Assembly (NCBI GenBank): GCA_051875555.1
Contig: JBJEGZ010000011.1
Coordinates: forward strand, 108,452-172,451
Origin: Candidatus Limimorpha sp.
Lineage (GTDB): Bacteria; Bacteroidota; Bacteroidia; Bacteroidales; F082
Direction: 5' to 3'
Length of the DNA: 64,000 bases
Shown here: in pieces, positions 54,487 to 63,700 of the stretch
How the letters are laid out: every line of letters starts with the position of its first letter
Position numbering within the stretch: the stretch's first letter is position 1
Notes under the pieces: model-generated
What the model was told of the DNA's origin: nothing
Seen by the model: the letters and a program-made list of their open reading frames with translations, nothing else
Databases searched by the model: none
Made by a program: the position numbers and the translations under genes

Positions 54487-55263
54487 ATGATTTTTAATAT
54501 GGTGAAATGGTTCAATGATAAATCTTTGATTATCAAGTCATTGATGCTTGTTTTGACGATAACGTTTTTGGGCTGCGGAAATAAAGACCATGTTGTGTGT
54601 CCGGAGGAAGATGCTTCTCAGTTTGTTTTGGTTACTGATGTCGTGCCTGATGTGATTCTTGAGATTCGATATTTCAGCACTTACAATTTCATTGGCGAAC
54701 GTGTGCCGGGTTATCTCGAGCCGATAGCGGTAATCACTCGTCAAGCCGCCGACTCACTCAAAAAAGTCAGCGAAGACCTGAGGAAGCAGGGTTATTGTTT
54801 GAAGGTTTTCGATGCTTATCGTCCCCAGATAGCGGTGGATTATTTTATGAAATGGGCTAACGACTTATCAGACACGAGGATGAAAGATTATTTCTATCCT
54901 GAACTTGACAAGTCGGTGCTCGTGCCACAGAATTACATCGCGGAGAAATCAGGACATACGCGCGGCAGCACAATAGACCTTACGCTTTTCGACATGAGAA
55001 CTGGGAAAGATGTTGATATGGGCTGCACTTTCGATTATTTTGGTGTCGCATCTCATCCTGATGTGCTTCCCGGACAAGAGATTGGAACTTATCAACCAAT
55101 CAATGAGGAACAGTATGCCAACCGTATGATTCTGCGAAAGGCGATGACGGCTCACGGATTTAAGCCTTACGAATGTGAGTGGTGGCATTTTACTCTCGCT
55201 GACGAGCCTTTCCCATCAACTTATTTCATGTTCCCTTTATGCGCCGCGTCGCTGAAAAAATAG
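54487..55263 (+). CDS. M15 family D-alanyl-D-alanine dipeptidase (VanX/DdpX-like), probable lipoprotein
   Basis: SGHTRGSTIDLTL (His/Asp zinc ligands) and EWWHFTL, with lipobox LTITFLGC. The alternative start at 54499 is possible. Confidence 0.85.
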   Translation: MIFNMVKWFNDKSLIIKSLMLVLTITFLGCGNKDHVVCPEEDASQFVLVTDVVPDVILEIRYFSTYNFIGERVPGYLEPIAVITRQAADSLKKVSEDLRKQGYCLKVFDAYRPQIAVDYFMKWANDLSDTRMKDYFYPELDKSVLVPQNYIAEKSGHTRGSTIDLTLFDMRTGKDVDMGCTFDYFGVASHPDVLPGQEIGTYQPINEEQYANRMILRKAMTAHGFKPYECEWWHFTLADEPFPSTYFMFPLCAASLKK

Positions 55264-55358
55264 TCGCTTCACGATAAAGGTGTCTTAGAATATTCTGATA
55301 AATACGCGCAATATAGTGAGTCGGATTCCGAAACTGTTCGTTTATCCGAATGTCTGCA

Positions 55359-56423
55359 TTATCTGAAATCTGAGGGAGTCTTCCCTTCGTTATTTTTAAA
55401 AAACTTACAGAATCGCGACTGTGAGGTGAAGCCTAATCTTAATGCTATTTCCTGAATCGTGAGGCGTGTAGTACATAAAAGCACTTTCGCTTTCTGCATA
55501 ATATAGTGATTGATAACCTGTTTTGGAGATTTTCCAACCATTTTGTCGGTCACTTGTGAGAGATAGCGCGGCGTAATGCTTAGTTCATTGGCATAAAACT
55601 GCACATCGTGGGCAACGGAATAATGTTTGAAAATTAACGACACGAACTTATTGTATATATCTGCCGGGCGCATGCTGTGTTCTTTATTGTCAACAGCATA
55701 AACTACTTGACTATGAATGTATTCGTGTGCGATTGTTATGGCTGAGAGCATATCATCGCCCATGCCGAGACGTGTCGCGACGGCTGCTGATAATGCCCCT
55801 ACAACCCCATGTCTTTGCCAACCCTCAATGTTAAAGGAAGTAAAGAATCGCACATCACCTTTATTATATAATAGAGCCGTTATCCTGCCTTGTGTTATCA
55901 TTCCGCCTCGTAACAACACCCATTCAGCACCCATCTGCGTGAATTTGTCGGCGGCAGCTATCATGTCATCGTCAGACGAAATCTTGTCTCCGAGAATTAA
56001 TTCTGCCTCATTACATCTGAGCATCAATAAGTTGGAAATTGGAATGATGTGCTTTTTTATTGCTTCAACCTCAGCGTCTGACAGAAGGCGGATGCCATCG
56101 GAAGACAAGATTCCAGGCGAACAGACAATGTTTTTACATCCGATTATCTCATTTCTTAACTGTCGAATAGTGTTGCTCCCATGTATTAGTCCAATCTTCA
56201 TCGATTTAGGATGAAATTGAGACACAATGTCTTTCGTTTGATTTATAATGACTTCGGCAGGCAGGTCATGAGTGTTTATTTCGCCGGATATGTCGCGCAT
56301 TGAGATGCAGGTTACGGCACTGACCGCATATCCGCCGAGTTCGGCTATGGTTTTAATATCAGCCTGAATGCCTGTGCTACCTGTGCTGTCGGAGCCTGTT
56401 ATTGTTAGTATTACCGGAATCAA
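55359..56423 (-). CDS. fusion protein: ThiD/PdxK-like (ribokinase-fold) domain with degenerate active site plus C-terminal AraC-type HTH
   Basis: N-terminus VILTITGSDSTGSTGIQADIKT aligns to ThiD [21 protein letters not shown]. ThiD motifs DPV and HGTGC read SPG and HGVVG. C-terminus ...LTIQEIALRLGFTSQSRFCKFFKNNEGKTPSDFR is an AraC HTH. Confidence 0.8.
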   Translation of the reverse strand: MIPVILTITGSDSTGSTGIQADIKTIAELGGYAVSAVTCISMRDISGEINTHDLPAEVIINQTKDIVSQFHPKSMKIGLIHGSNTIRQLRNEIIGCKNIVCSPGILSSDGIRLLSDAEVEAIKKHIIPISNLLMLRCNEAELILGDKISSDDDMIAAADKFTQMGAEWVLLRGGMITQGRITALLYNKGDVRFFTSFNIEGWQRHGVVGALSAAVATRLGMGDDMLSAITIAHEYIHSQVVYAVDNKEHSMRPADIYNKFVSLIFKHYSVAHDVQFYANELSITPRYLSQVTDKMVGKSPKQVINHYIMQKAKVLLCTTRLTIQEIALRLGFTSQSRFCKFFKNNEGKTPSDFR

Positions 56424-56469
56424 AGCTTGTTTTTTATTAAAAAGACATCAAGAGTTTTAAAATCGTCGG

Positions 56470-56477
56470 CAAAGATA
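56470..56477 (-). promoter_or_regulatory. -7 promoter box (TATCTTTG on the minus strand) for the ThiD-AraC fusion gene
   Basis: Plus-strand caaagata, about 50 nt upstream of the ATG at 56423. Confidence 0.5.
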
Positions 56478-56672
56478 CAAAAAGAAGGGATAATATTGAT
56501 GGTTTTTGGGTTTTCGTTTGAAATATAGGAAGAAAGATGTGTTTGTTTTGATGGGAAATAGATTTCTGGATAATGTGATTCAAGCCGTGTGGCTTACTAA
56601 AAAAGCAGAATGGCAATCTTTAAATTTGGAAAGATAGAGAATGGACTTTATGTTGAAAATATCACTCGATTG

Positions 56673-59600
56673 TTATGCTATTGCACTCTCAGGATTTACA
56701 ACCCCGTGTATGTTGTCAATGTATTTTGCAAGTGGTAACATATAACCATCGAACACCGACAGTCTTTCATCAAATGGTGATTCATTTACAACGATGTCTT
56801 TTGTTATGTCTCCATTTTCGCATACGTATGAAATAATTGTCATCAAGAACTCTTCCTGTTCTGAGTTCAGTTCTGAATCTGAAATGAATGTAGAGAAACG
56901 TTCAACGGCATTCTTCCTGTCTACTCCAATGATTGAACGTATGAACACCGCTACATTCGTTCCACAAGACAATCCTGATGTGTATTTGTTGTAATCCTCC
57001 CTGCTCCCTAATTCTTTCCATAGGATTCTTTCTAACTCGTGTACATCTGCAATGCTCAACTGCTCCATTGAATATATCTTATCCAATACAGGCAAGTTCC
57101 TGTGTTCTGTAAGAAAATCCAAGACTTTCTTCTTATATGATACTCTTGTCGTGATTCCTGTACTTGTTCCATTGAACGACAATTCATCTTCTATGTCGAT
57201 GACAAACCATTTCTTCTTTTCACCGATAAGGAATTTTGTCAAGTCTCTTAAATCTTCCCTGACTTTCTCCAACCAACTCAGATTTAAATTAGTCCAACTG
57301 ACACGATTCAAGACTTCCTTGATAGTCTCCATCTTCGCCTGTATCTGTGGGATTGTCGCTTTCTCTTCCAATTTGCCTACGACATAGATTGTGCTTTCTA
57401 TCGCATTTCCAGCATAGACTTCACTGTCTAACAAAGACAGTTCGATTGTCAGCATCAGGATGTCAAATTTCTTTGCGTTCTCATCTAATGTGTTCTTTAC
57501 AAGTAATGGTGCGATGTCTTTCTTCAATGTCACCGTGTCTAACTCAGACAGGTAAATCCAAGAAGATTCTTCCTTGAAATGACTTACCTCCTTCCATTTA
57601 GCACGTACTGAAATATGAGTGTCCGACAATACCGCAACTTGTTCCTTCAAGAGTTTCTTGATGTCATTATGCAGACTCTTTGTAAATTCATCTTCCTGAT
57701 ATTCCTGACGTTGAAGATGGAACGCAATGTCAGAACGCAATCCGAATATTTTTTCTGTCAATGAAGGTGTGTTATTGGTTATCTCTTTCCCGTTTGGATT
57801 CTTTTCAAAGTAATCGAAGTTACAGCACCAATCGAAGATGTAAAATTCCTTTTTATCTTCATCTCCGAAAATACCCGGTGACAATCGTGTTCCTCTGCCT
57901 ATCATCTGCATGAACTTTATCTTTGACTTCACCGGTTTAAAGAACACTAAATTTAAAATGTCGGGGACGTCAATTCCTGTGTCTAACATATCTACCGAAA
58001 CCGCAATCTGTGGATGTGAATCCCTTTTTTCAAACTTGTCGATATAATCCTGTGCGTATGGATTCTGATTGTCTATCAATTCACAGAAGCCTATTCCACC
58101 GTATTCAGGATACAATAAATTAAATCTGTCAACTATCAGCTCTGCATGATGATGTCCGTAGGCGAATATTATTGTTTTTCCAAGTTTATCACCGCTCTGA
58201 ACCTTCAAACCGTTATCCATCAAATCCTGCAAAACCTTGTCAATGGTATCAAGATTATGGATATAACGGAACATTTCATTACTTTGGATGTCTCTGGATT
58301 CTCCGCCTCCCATTGCATTTCTTGCCCTTTCATACTCCCATATCTCTTCCATCTGTTCCTTCTCCTCTTCCGTGAGATTGTCGTATTTGATACCTCCTTT
58401 AAGAATCATCGAACCACGCTTGAATCCGACATAATCGACAAGATAACCGTCAGAAACAGCGTCTTCCAATTCGTATGCATAATTAGGAACACCTTGTTCC
58501 ATTTCAAATATATCGTAAGTGGATTTGTCTATTTCGTTTCTCGGCGTCGCTGTCAGTCCGATGAGCATTGAATCGAAGTAGTTGAATATTGCACCGTACT
58601 TACCGAAGATAGAACGGTGCGCTTCATCAATGATTATCAAATCAAATCTTCCTACAGAATACTGTTTCTCATCATTGTTAACAAAGTTGATCATTGTCTG
58701 ATATGTAGAAAACGTGATTCTTGCATTCATGTCAGGTTCTTTGTCTTCATTCAGGATTGTTGTCGTCTCATTAGGAAGGAGTTTTACAAAATTCCTGTGT
58801 GCCTGTTTTACCAACGATGTTCTGTCAGCAAGGAACAACACGTTCTTAACCCAATCATTTCTTTTCAATACATCAACCAAAGAAATGGCAACTCTTGTCT
58901 TTCCTGTTCCTGTCGCCATCACAAGCAATCCTTTTCTGTGCTTTGTGTTGTAATGTTCGCAAACAGCCTTGATTGCTGTCTTCTGATAATGTCTGTCTGT
59001 TATATTGTCGTTTACTGAAAAGTCTGTGATATCCTTTCTGCTTCTCTTCTGTATCAGTCGTTCCAAATCCTCTTCCGTATGGAAACCGTAAAGTCTTCTT
59101 GGAGGATAACCCAATCCGTCAATGATGAATGTATCAAAACCGTTAGTATAGTATATCACAGGACGTACACCGTATTTCGCTTCCAAACAGTCAGCATACA
59201 GTTCCGCCTGATGTTTCCCCTTTGTTGTTGAAGCGGAAGTTCTCTTTGCCTCAACAACCGCCAAAGGTTTTCCGTTACTTCCGAACAGCACATAATCAGC
59301 ATAACCGATTCCATTTATGTTCGGCATGCCGTGTAACTCAACTTCAACACACGCTCTTGAAGGTTGAATCATACCGTCTGTATTAAGTATCTTCCAACCT
59401 GCTTCTCTAAGCATTAAGTCGATATACAGGCATCTTGTCTCTGCTTCCGATATATCTATCGGAAGTACATCAACTGGGACCTTTGAATCAACGGCATTCT
59501 TATCAGCGCATGCAACGATTTTGTCTGTTGATGTTGCTTTTTCAACTTTTGGATTTGCAACTATCAGTGATTTTGGATTATTCGGAATAAGAGTTTTGTC

Positions 59601-59996
59601 AAATGGTTTTATCTCTTCGATGAATCCGAGTTTCTTTAATATCGTAGCGACTATGTTATACAGATTCAGGAGACAGAAGAAAGATTCCTTTCTCCTTACA
59701 TCAGATGTATGTGCGCCATTATTGCCGATTTTCCTGATGTAATGTATGGACTTCATTACATTTTCGTCACCGATAAAATCCTTGAACGGTTCGCCATCTA
59801 TCAACTCAAACAATGACGTTTTTTCAGGAAGTTTAATATTCTTCATCTGATACAAGGCACGAACAAGATATTCCAAAGCACGTCTTGCATTGATGACGCT
59901 GATATCAGGATTGCTCCGCTGATGTTTCTCTGCTGATGAACACAGGCGATGTAGCGCATTAAACTCTAAATCCTTTAAATAGTCAAAATTCTTCAT
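56673..59996 (-). CDS. hsdR: type I restriction endonuclease subunit R with N-terminal DUF4145-like module
   Basis: 1107 aa. N-terminal ~130 aa are helical (INARRALEYLVRALY...IRKIGNNGAH). A PD-(D/E)xK region (ADYVLF...VVEAKR) is followed by SF2 helicase motifs (MATGTGKT, DEAH, TATP, QMIGRGTR) and an EcoEI-R-like C-terminal domain. Confidence 0.92.
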   Translation of the reverse strand: MKNFDYLKDLEFNALHRLCSSAEKHQRSNPDISVINARRALEYLVRALYQMKNIKLPEKTSLFELIDGEPFKDFIGDENVMKSIHYIRKIGNNGAHTSDVRRKESFFCLLNLYNIVATILKKLGFIEEIKPFDKTLIPNNPKSLIVANPKVEKATSTDKIVACADKNAVDSKVPVDVLPIDISEAETRCLYIDLMLREAGWKILNTDGMIQPSRACVEVELHGMPNINGIGYADYVLFGSNGKPLAVVEAKRTSASTTKGKHQAELYADCLEAKYGVRPVIYYTNGFDTFIIDGLGYPPRRLYGFHTEEDLERLIQKRSRKDITDFSVNDNITDRHYQKTAIKAVCEHYNTKHRKGLLVMATGTGKTRVAISLVDVLKRNDWVKNVLFLADRTSLVKQAHRNFVKLLPNETTTILNEDKEPDMNARITFSTYQTMINFVNNDEKQYSVGRFDLIIIDEAHRSIFGKYGAIFNYFDSMLIGLTATPRNEIDKSTYDIFEMEQGVPNYAYELEDAVSDGYLVDYVGFKRGSMILKGGIKYDNLTEEEKEQMEEIWEYERARNAMGGGESRDIQSNEMFRYIHNLDTIDKVLQDLMDNGLKVQSGDKLGKTIIFAYGHHHAELIVDRFNLLYPEYGGIGFCELIDNQNPYAQDYIDKFEKRDSHPQIAVSVDMLDTGIDVPDILNLVFFKPVKSKIKFMQMIGRGTRLSPGIFGDEDKKEFYIFDWCCNFDYFEKNPNGKEITNNTPSLTEKIFGLRSDIAFHLQRQEYQEDEFTKSLHNDIKKLLKEQVAVLSDTHISVRAKWKEVSHFKEESSWIYLSELDTVTLKKDIAPLLVKNTLDENAKKFDILMLTIELSLLDSEVYAGNAIESTIYVVGKLEEKATIPQIQAKMETIKEVLNRVSWTNLNLSWLEKVREDLRDLTKFLIGEKKKWFVIDIEDELSFNGTSTGITTRVSYKKKVLDFLTEHRNLPVLDKIYSMEQLSIADVHELERILWKELGSREDYNKYTSGLSCGTNVAVFIRSIIGVDRKNAVERFSTFISDSELNSEQEEFLMTIISYVCENGDITKDIVVNESPFDERLSVFDGYMLPLAKYIDNIHGVVNPESAIA

Positions 59997-60128
59997 GTCT
60001 GTAAGTCGTTTATGCGTTTCTTATTCTATTTAAACTTTATCGGCCATTTTTGATGGCTAACGATGGTTTTATCGACCATTTACCGACCATTTTCGATAAT
60101 AAAACTTGTGTCATATACCTTATCTTTA

Positions 60129-61214
60129 TTATTCAAACCAATACTGCATACGTGATGCAAGCAAGGTTTCGAGGTCTGTTATCGTACTCTTTATCTCTGC
60201 TTTCTGTTGCTCTATGAGTTCGATGCGTTGAGCGAAGAGCTGTTGGATAGAGAGAGGTGGTATTTGAATGAGCAAAGGTGCAATATCACAATTATTGAGC
60301 TGCAATATTGTTGAACCACTGCAAATAGTTCCCAAATCTAGTATTTTAAACCATTGGAATAGATAGTGTTTATTTAACACCTCAGAAGGTATTACACCCA
60401 TTGTGTTTAAATCGCAACAAATTTCAACAGCAGCCATGCGTTTCTTATTTGTCAAAATTGCGCCACCTCTTTTGGGGAACAAAATGCTACCAATAGGGAA
60501 AATGCCTTTTTGATTAAATGCCCAATCAACATATGTAGAAGAACAAGTAATATAGTTTTCATTGCCAGGAAGATTCATATCACCTACCTTTACATATGGC
60601 AAAGTTCCTTTGGGGGATTTGTTTGTTTTTGAATCACCGCTTTTTAATGAGCATACGTCACCAATTGTCTTCACCTCCCATCCCTTTTTATTTTCCACAG
60701 GGTCTCCGAACATCTCATAGAAGATGCTTTGTGCGAGGTTGTCATAGTCTTTCAGTTGCTCCTTCTTCAGACGAATCAACTCATTAATCTTGTCAAGCTC
60801 AGAGACGATGGAGAGTTGAGTGGAGAGGGGAGGGATAGGAATTTCAAGTTCCTTTAACAACTTATAGTGTCTCGAGTATCCTAAATTAGGAATTTTGTAC
60901 CACGTAAGGTAATAGAGTAGAAATTTTGCATTCAGGTTCTCTTTTGGTGAAATAATCTTAACACCATCAGCGCCGACGACAAAATCAAAATCGATAAATT
61001 TGAGTACCCTTGTGTGATCTCCAAATATAATGACAGGTTTGTCTATGTGAAATAACATAGATTCATCATCACAATATCCAGATATCAACTTGTCCTCCTG
61101 AGAAATAATTGGATATTTGGTCCCGCTATTGTATTCGTTGGTTTTGACTTGCTTTGCTTTAGGAACATTATTTATGCAAGATTCAAAACTTTTACACTCC
61201 CAACCTTCTCTCAT
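60129..61214 (-). CDS. hsdS: type I restriction-modification specificity subunit
   Basis: 361 aa. Two variable target-recognition regions are separated by conserved coiled-coil repeats (PPLSTQLSIVSELDKINELIRLKKEQL and PPLSIQQLFAQRIELIEQQKAEI). Confidence 0.9.
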   Translation of the reverse strand: MREGWECKSFESCINNVPKAKQVKTNEYNSGTKYPIISQEDKLISGYCDDESMLFHIDKPVIIFGDHTRVLKFIDFDFVVGADGVKIISPKENLNAKFLLYYLTWYKIPNLGYSRHYKLLKELEIPIPPLSTQLSIVSELDKINELIRLKKEQLKDYDNLAQSIFYEMFGDPVENKKGWEVKTIGDVCSLKSGDSKTNKSPKGTLPYVKVGDMNLPGNENYITCSSTYVDWAFNQKGIFPIGSILFPKRGGAILTNKKRMAAVEICCDLNTMGVIPSEVLNKHYLFQWFKILDLGTICSGSTILQLNNCDIAPLLIQIPPLSIQQLFAQRIELIEQQKAEIKSTITDLETLLASRMQYWFE

Positions 61215-62098
61215 ACCTCGTCCTCCTGCTCGTAATAATATGAATAATCAATTCCCTTCATGAAAATCTCCCGACTATCGGTGTCGTGGGTGATGGCATT
61301 GTGCAGCAGTTGCTTGATGCGCGAGGCATCGGCAACACTCTGTGTCATAGCCTCAAGATAGTCGCGCTTGCCTATCTTGCTCCAGTCGATACAGCAATGA
61401 TGGCGAGCCTTCAGCATCAGGTCAAGCCAGATTCGGGTGCTGCGGCCATTGCCTTCCATGAATGGGTGGGCAACGTTCATCTCTACATATTTGTCGAACA
61501 CCTCGTCAAGAGTAGTTTCGGACATTCGCTCTATCTGCTCCAACTGCTGCGGCAGATACTGGGCAAGGCAAAAGGTGAAACCACCCTTTGAGATGGTCTT
61601 GGTGCGTATCTGTCCGGCAAAGTCGTATAGCCCTCCGAAGATATAAGCGTGTATCTGCTGTAAAGCCTGTATGGTTCCCTCACGGAAATTTTCCATCATA
61701 TTGCTCTCATACAAGGAATATGCTTTTCGCTTGCTCTGCCCGTCGATGGTATTATCGCTGTATGTCAGCCAGTCGAGAAATGCCGTAGCCTTCTGGTTGG
61801 GCATCACCTTTGCAAGGGCTGCTATGCCTTCAGCATCAAGGGTGTCGGTAAGTCGGTTTTTGCCATCAGGTGCAAGCATTTTCAACTGGTTAGTGGCACT
61901 AACCAGTTCATTGTTTTCCTTCCTGAGCTTCGTCTTCAGATACTTCCAATAGTTGCGCGTCTTGGCATAGTCATCCTGCTCGTTGATAGCACCAATGACG
62001 TCGAGCACAGAGAACTGCCATTGCGCTCTGTCCTCGACCCAAATGGCACGCACCTCACGGTCGTTATAGAATCGGATGGAAATCTTCTTATCTTTCAT
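61211..62098 (-). CDS. Bro-N-like DNA-binding domain fused to a Fic (AMPylase-type) domain
   Basis: N-terminus IRFYNDREVRAIWVEDRAQWQFSVLDVIGAI shows the Bro-N pattern. The Fic active-site motif is HPFMEGNGRSTR. A possible intramolecular inhibitory motif SNMMEN ([ST]xxxE[GN]) lies upstream. The stop overlaps the hsdS start (ATGA). Confidence 0.85.
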   Translation of the reverse strand: MKDKKISIRFYNDREVRAIWVEDRAQWQFSVLDVIGAINEQDDYAKTRNYWKYLKTKLRKENNELVSATNQLKMLAPDGKNRLTDTLDAEGIAALAKVMPNQKATAFLDWLTYSDNTIDGQSKRKAYSLYESNMMENFREGTIQALQQIHAYIFGGLYDFAGQIRTKTISKGGFTFCLAQYLPQQLEQIERMSETTLDEVFDKYVEMNVAHPFMEGNGRSTRIWLDLMLKARHHCCIDWSKIGKRDYLEAMTQSVADASRIKQLLHNAITHDTDSREIFMKGIDYSYYYEQEDEV

Positions 62099-62134
62099 CG
62101 TATGTCAATTCGTTATTTACAATTATATCCATAC

Positions 62135-63634
62135 CTATTTCTCCTCCAGCATCTTTACGAGTTCGCTATAGCCCTTGATATATTCCGTCTCTGATTTGTC
62201 TAAACGGGCGAGGATGGTCTCTACGCTGTCATACACCACCTTCTCACGTTCCACTTCCTTGTACTTGTTGATGGAGAGGTCGTAGCCGTTGGCACGGATG
62301 TCATCCACTGAGACAAAGAAACTCTGCTCTTTCCTACTGCGGCTCTCTTCGCCCTTCAGGTCGTGGAAACGCTTGACCACATCGGGAATGTCGTTGTCGG
62401 AGACTGGACTGCGTTTGTCGTCAAGCGAAAAACCGTCGGCCTTCATGTCGTAGAACCACACCTTGTCAGTGCCTCCGTTGTTGGTCTTGGTGAATATCAG
62501 TACGGCTGTGCTGACCCCTGCGTATGGCTTGAAAACCCCGCTTGGCATAGATATAACAGCACGCAACTGCTGGTTGTCAACAATCTCCTTGCGGATGGCA
62601 ACATGAGCCTTTGAGGTGCCGAAGAGCACTCCATCGGGAACAATCGACGCGCAACGCCCGCCAAGTTCAAGTGAGCGTACAAACTGGGCAAGGAACAACA
62701 GTTCCGTCTTGCTGGTATTGGCATAGGCAAGAATTTTCTTATTGACATTCCCCTTGTCAAGACTGCCGGCAAACGGTGGATTTGCCAAACAAAGAGTATA
62801 TTTGTTTTCATCTGTGTTGTCAGTTGATAGACTGTCTTTATATTCAACATCAGGATTGTCAACGCCATGCAACATGAGGTTCATAGCGCCGATACGAAGC
62901 ATTGTAGCGTCAGTATCGAAACCATGAAGCAATCCGTTTCTGTAGTGTTCTGCATTGCCTTTTTTAAGCAATTCATTTTTATAATGTTCTTGTATATATT
63001 TTGCAGATTCAACGATAAAACCGGCTGAACCCATTGCTGCATCACAGATAGAATCCTGTAATGTAGGTTTCATCATTTCAACTATCATCCTGATGATATG
63101 TCGAGGAGTTCTGAACTGTCCGTTATTGCCACTCGCCGCCATCTTCCCAAGTACATATTCATATACATCACCCATAGTGTCACGGTTGTTCATATCAAGA
63201 GAATCAATGCCTTCGACAATCTTAACCAATGTTCTTGGGTTCTGAATCATGAATGTGGCATTTGCCATAAATCTGCTATATGCCGATTCCTTTCCTGTGT
63301 TTAGATTCTTGATAAAAGCGAAGACATCACGACTGATAAGTCTGTACATTTCTTCCGCTTCCTTATTCTTGAATACACTCCATCTTAGACTGTCGTAAGC
63401 GACATCCTTGTCGGTATCAGGATTGTGCCACATACCATGCTTGAAAGTAGGATCTTTAACTTCAACACCCATTAGACTTGCATTTGCTTCTTTGGTCTTC
63501 TGTGCGTCATCAAGCATTTTCATGAAGAACAGGTAAGTCATCTGTTCAAGGATTGTGATAGAATTTGTGATACCGCCCGTCCAAAAAGCGTCCCAAATCG
63601 TGTCGATTCTATTTTTGATATCTCCTGTAATCAT
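62135..63634 (-). CDS. hsdM: type I restriction-modification DNA methyltransferase subunit (N6-adenine)
   Basis: HsdM_N region (IWDAFWTGGITNSITILEQMTYLFFMKMLDD), SAM motif DAAMGSAGF and catalytic NPPF (LANPPFAG). Confidence 0.93.
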   Translation of the reverse strand: MITGDIKNRIDTIWDAFWTGGITNSITILEQMTYLFFMKMLDDAQKTKEANASLMGVEVKDPTFKHGMWHNPDTDKDVAYDSLRWSVFKNKEAEEMYRLISRDVFAFIKNLNTGKESAYSRFMANATFMIQNPRTLVKIVEGIDSLDMNNRDTMGDVYEYVLGKMAASGNNGQFRTPRHIIRMIVEMMKPTLQDSICDAAMGSAGFIVESAKYIQEHYKNELLKKGNAEHYRNGLLHGFDTDATMLRIGAMNLMLHGVDNPDVEYKDSLSTDNTDENKYTLCLANPPFAGSLDKGNVNKKILAYANTSKTELLFLAQFVRSLELGGRCASIVPDGVLFGTSKAHVAIRKEIVDNQQLRAVISMPSGVFKPYAGVSTAVLIFTKTNNGGTDKVWFYDMKADGFSLDDKRSPVSDNDIPDVVKRFHDLKGEESRSRKEQSFFVSVDDIRANGYDLSINKYKEVEREKVVYDSVETILARLDKSETEYIKGYSELVKMLEEK

Positions 63635-63700
63635 AGTTTATATTTTGGTTGTTTTCACAGTTGTAATATAATTTTTTACAGACTGTACTTTATTTACTTA

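Noticed and set aside
55717-56214. 165-aa plus-strand ORF inside the ThiD-AraC gene. Similar antisense ORFs lie in purL, hsdR, pheT, the permease gene and the beta-helix gene (for example 25345-26365).
   Set aside because: They are fully nested antisense to long, motif-supported CDSs and carry no recognisable motifs. This is typical shadow-ORF behaviour.
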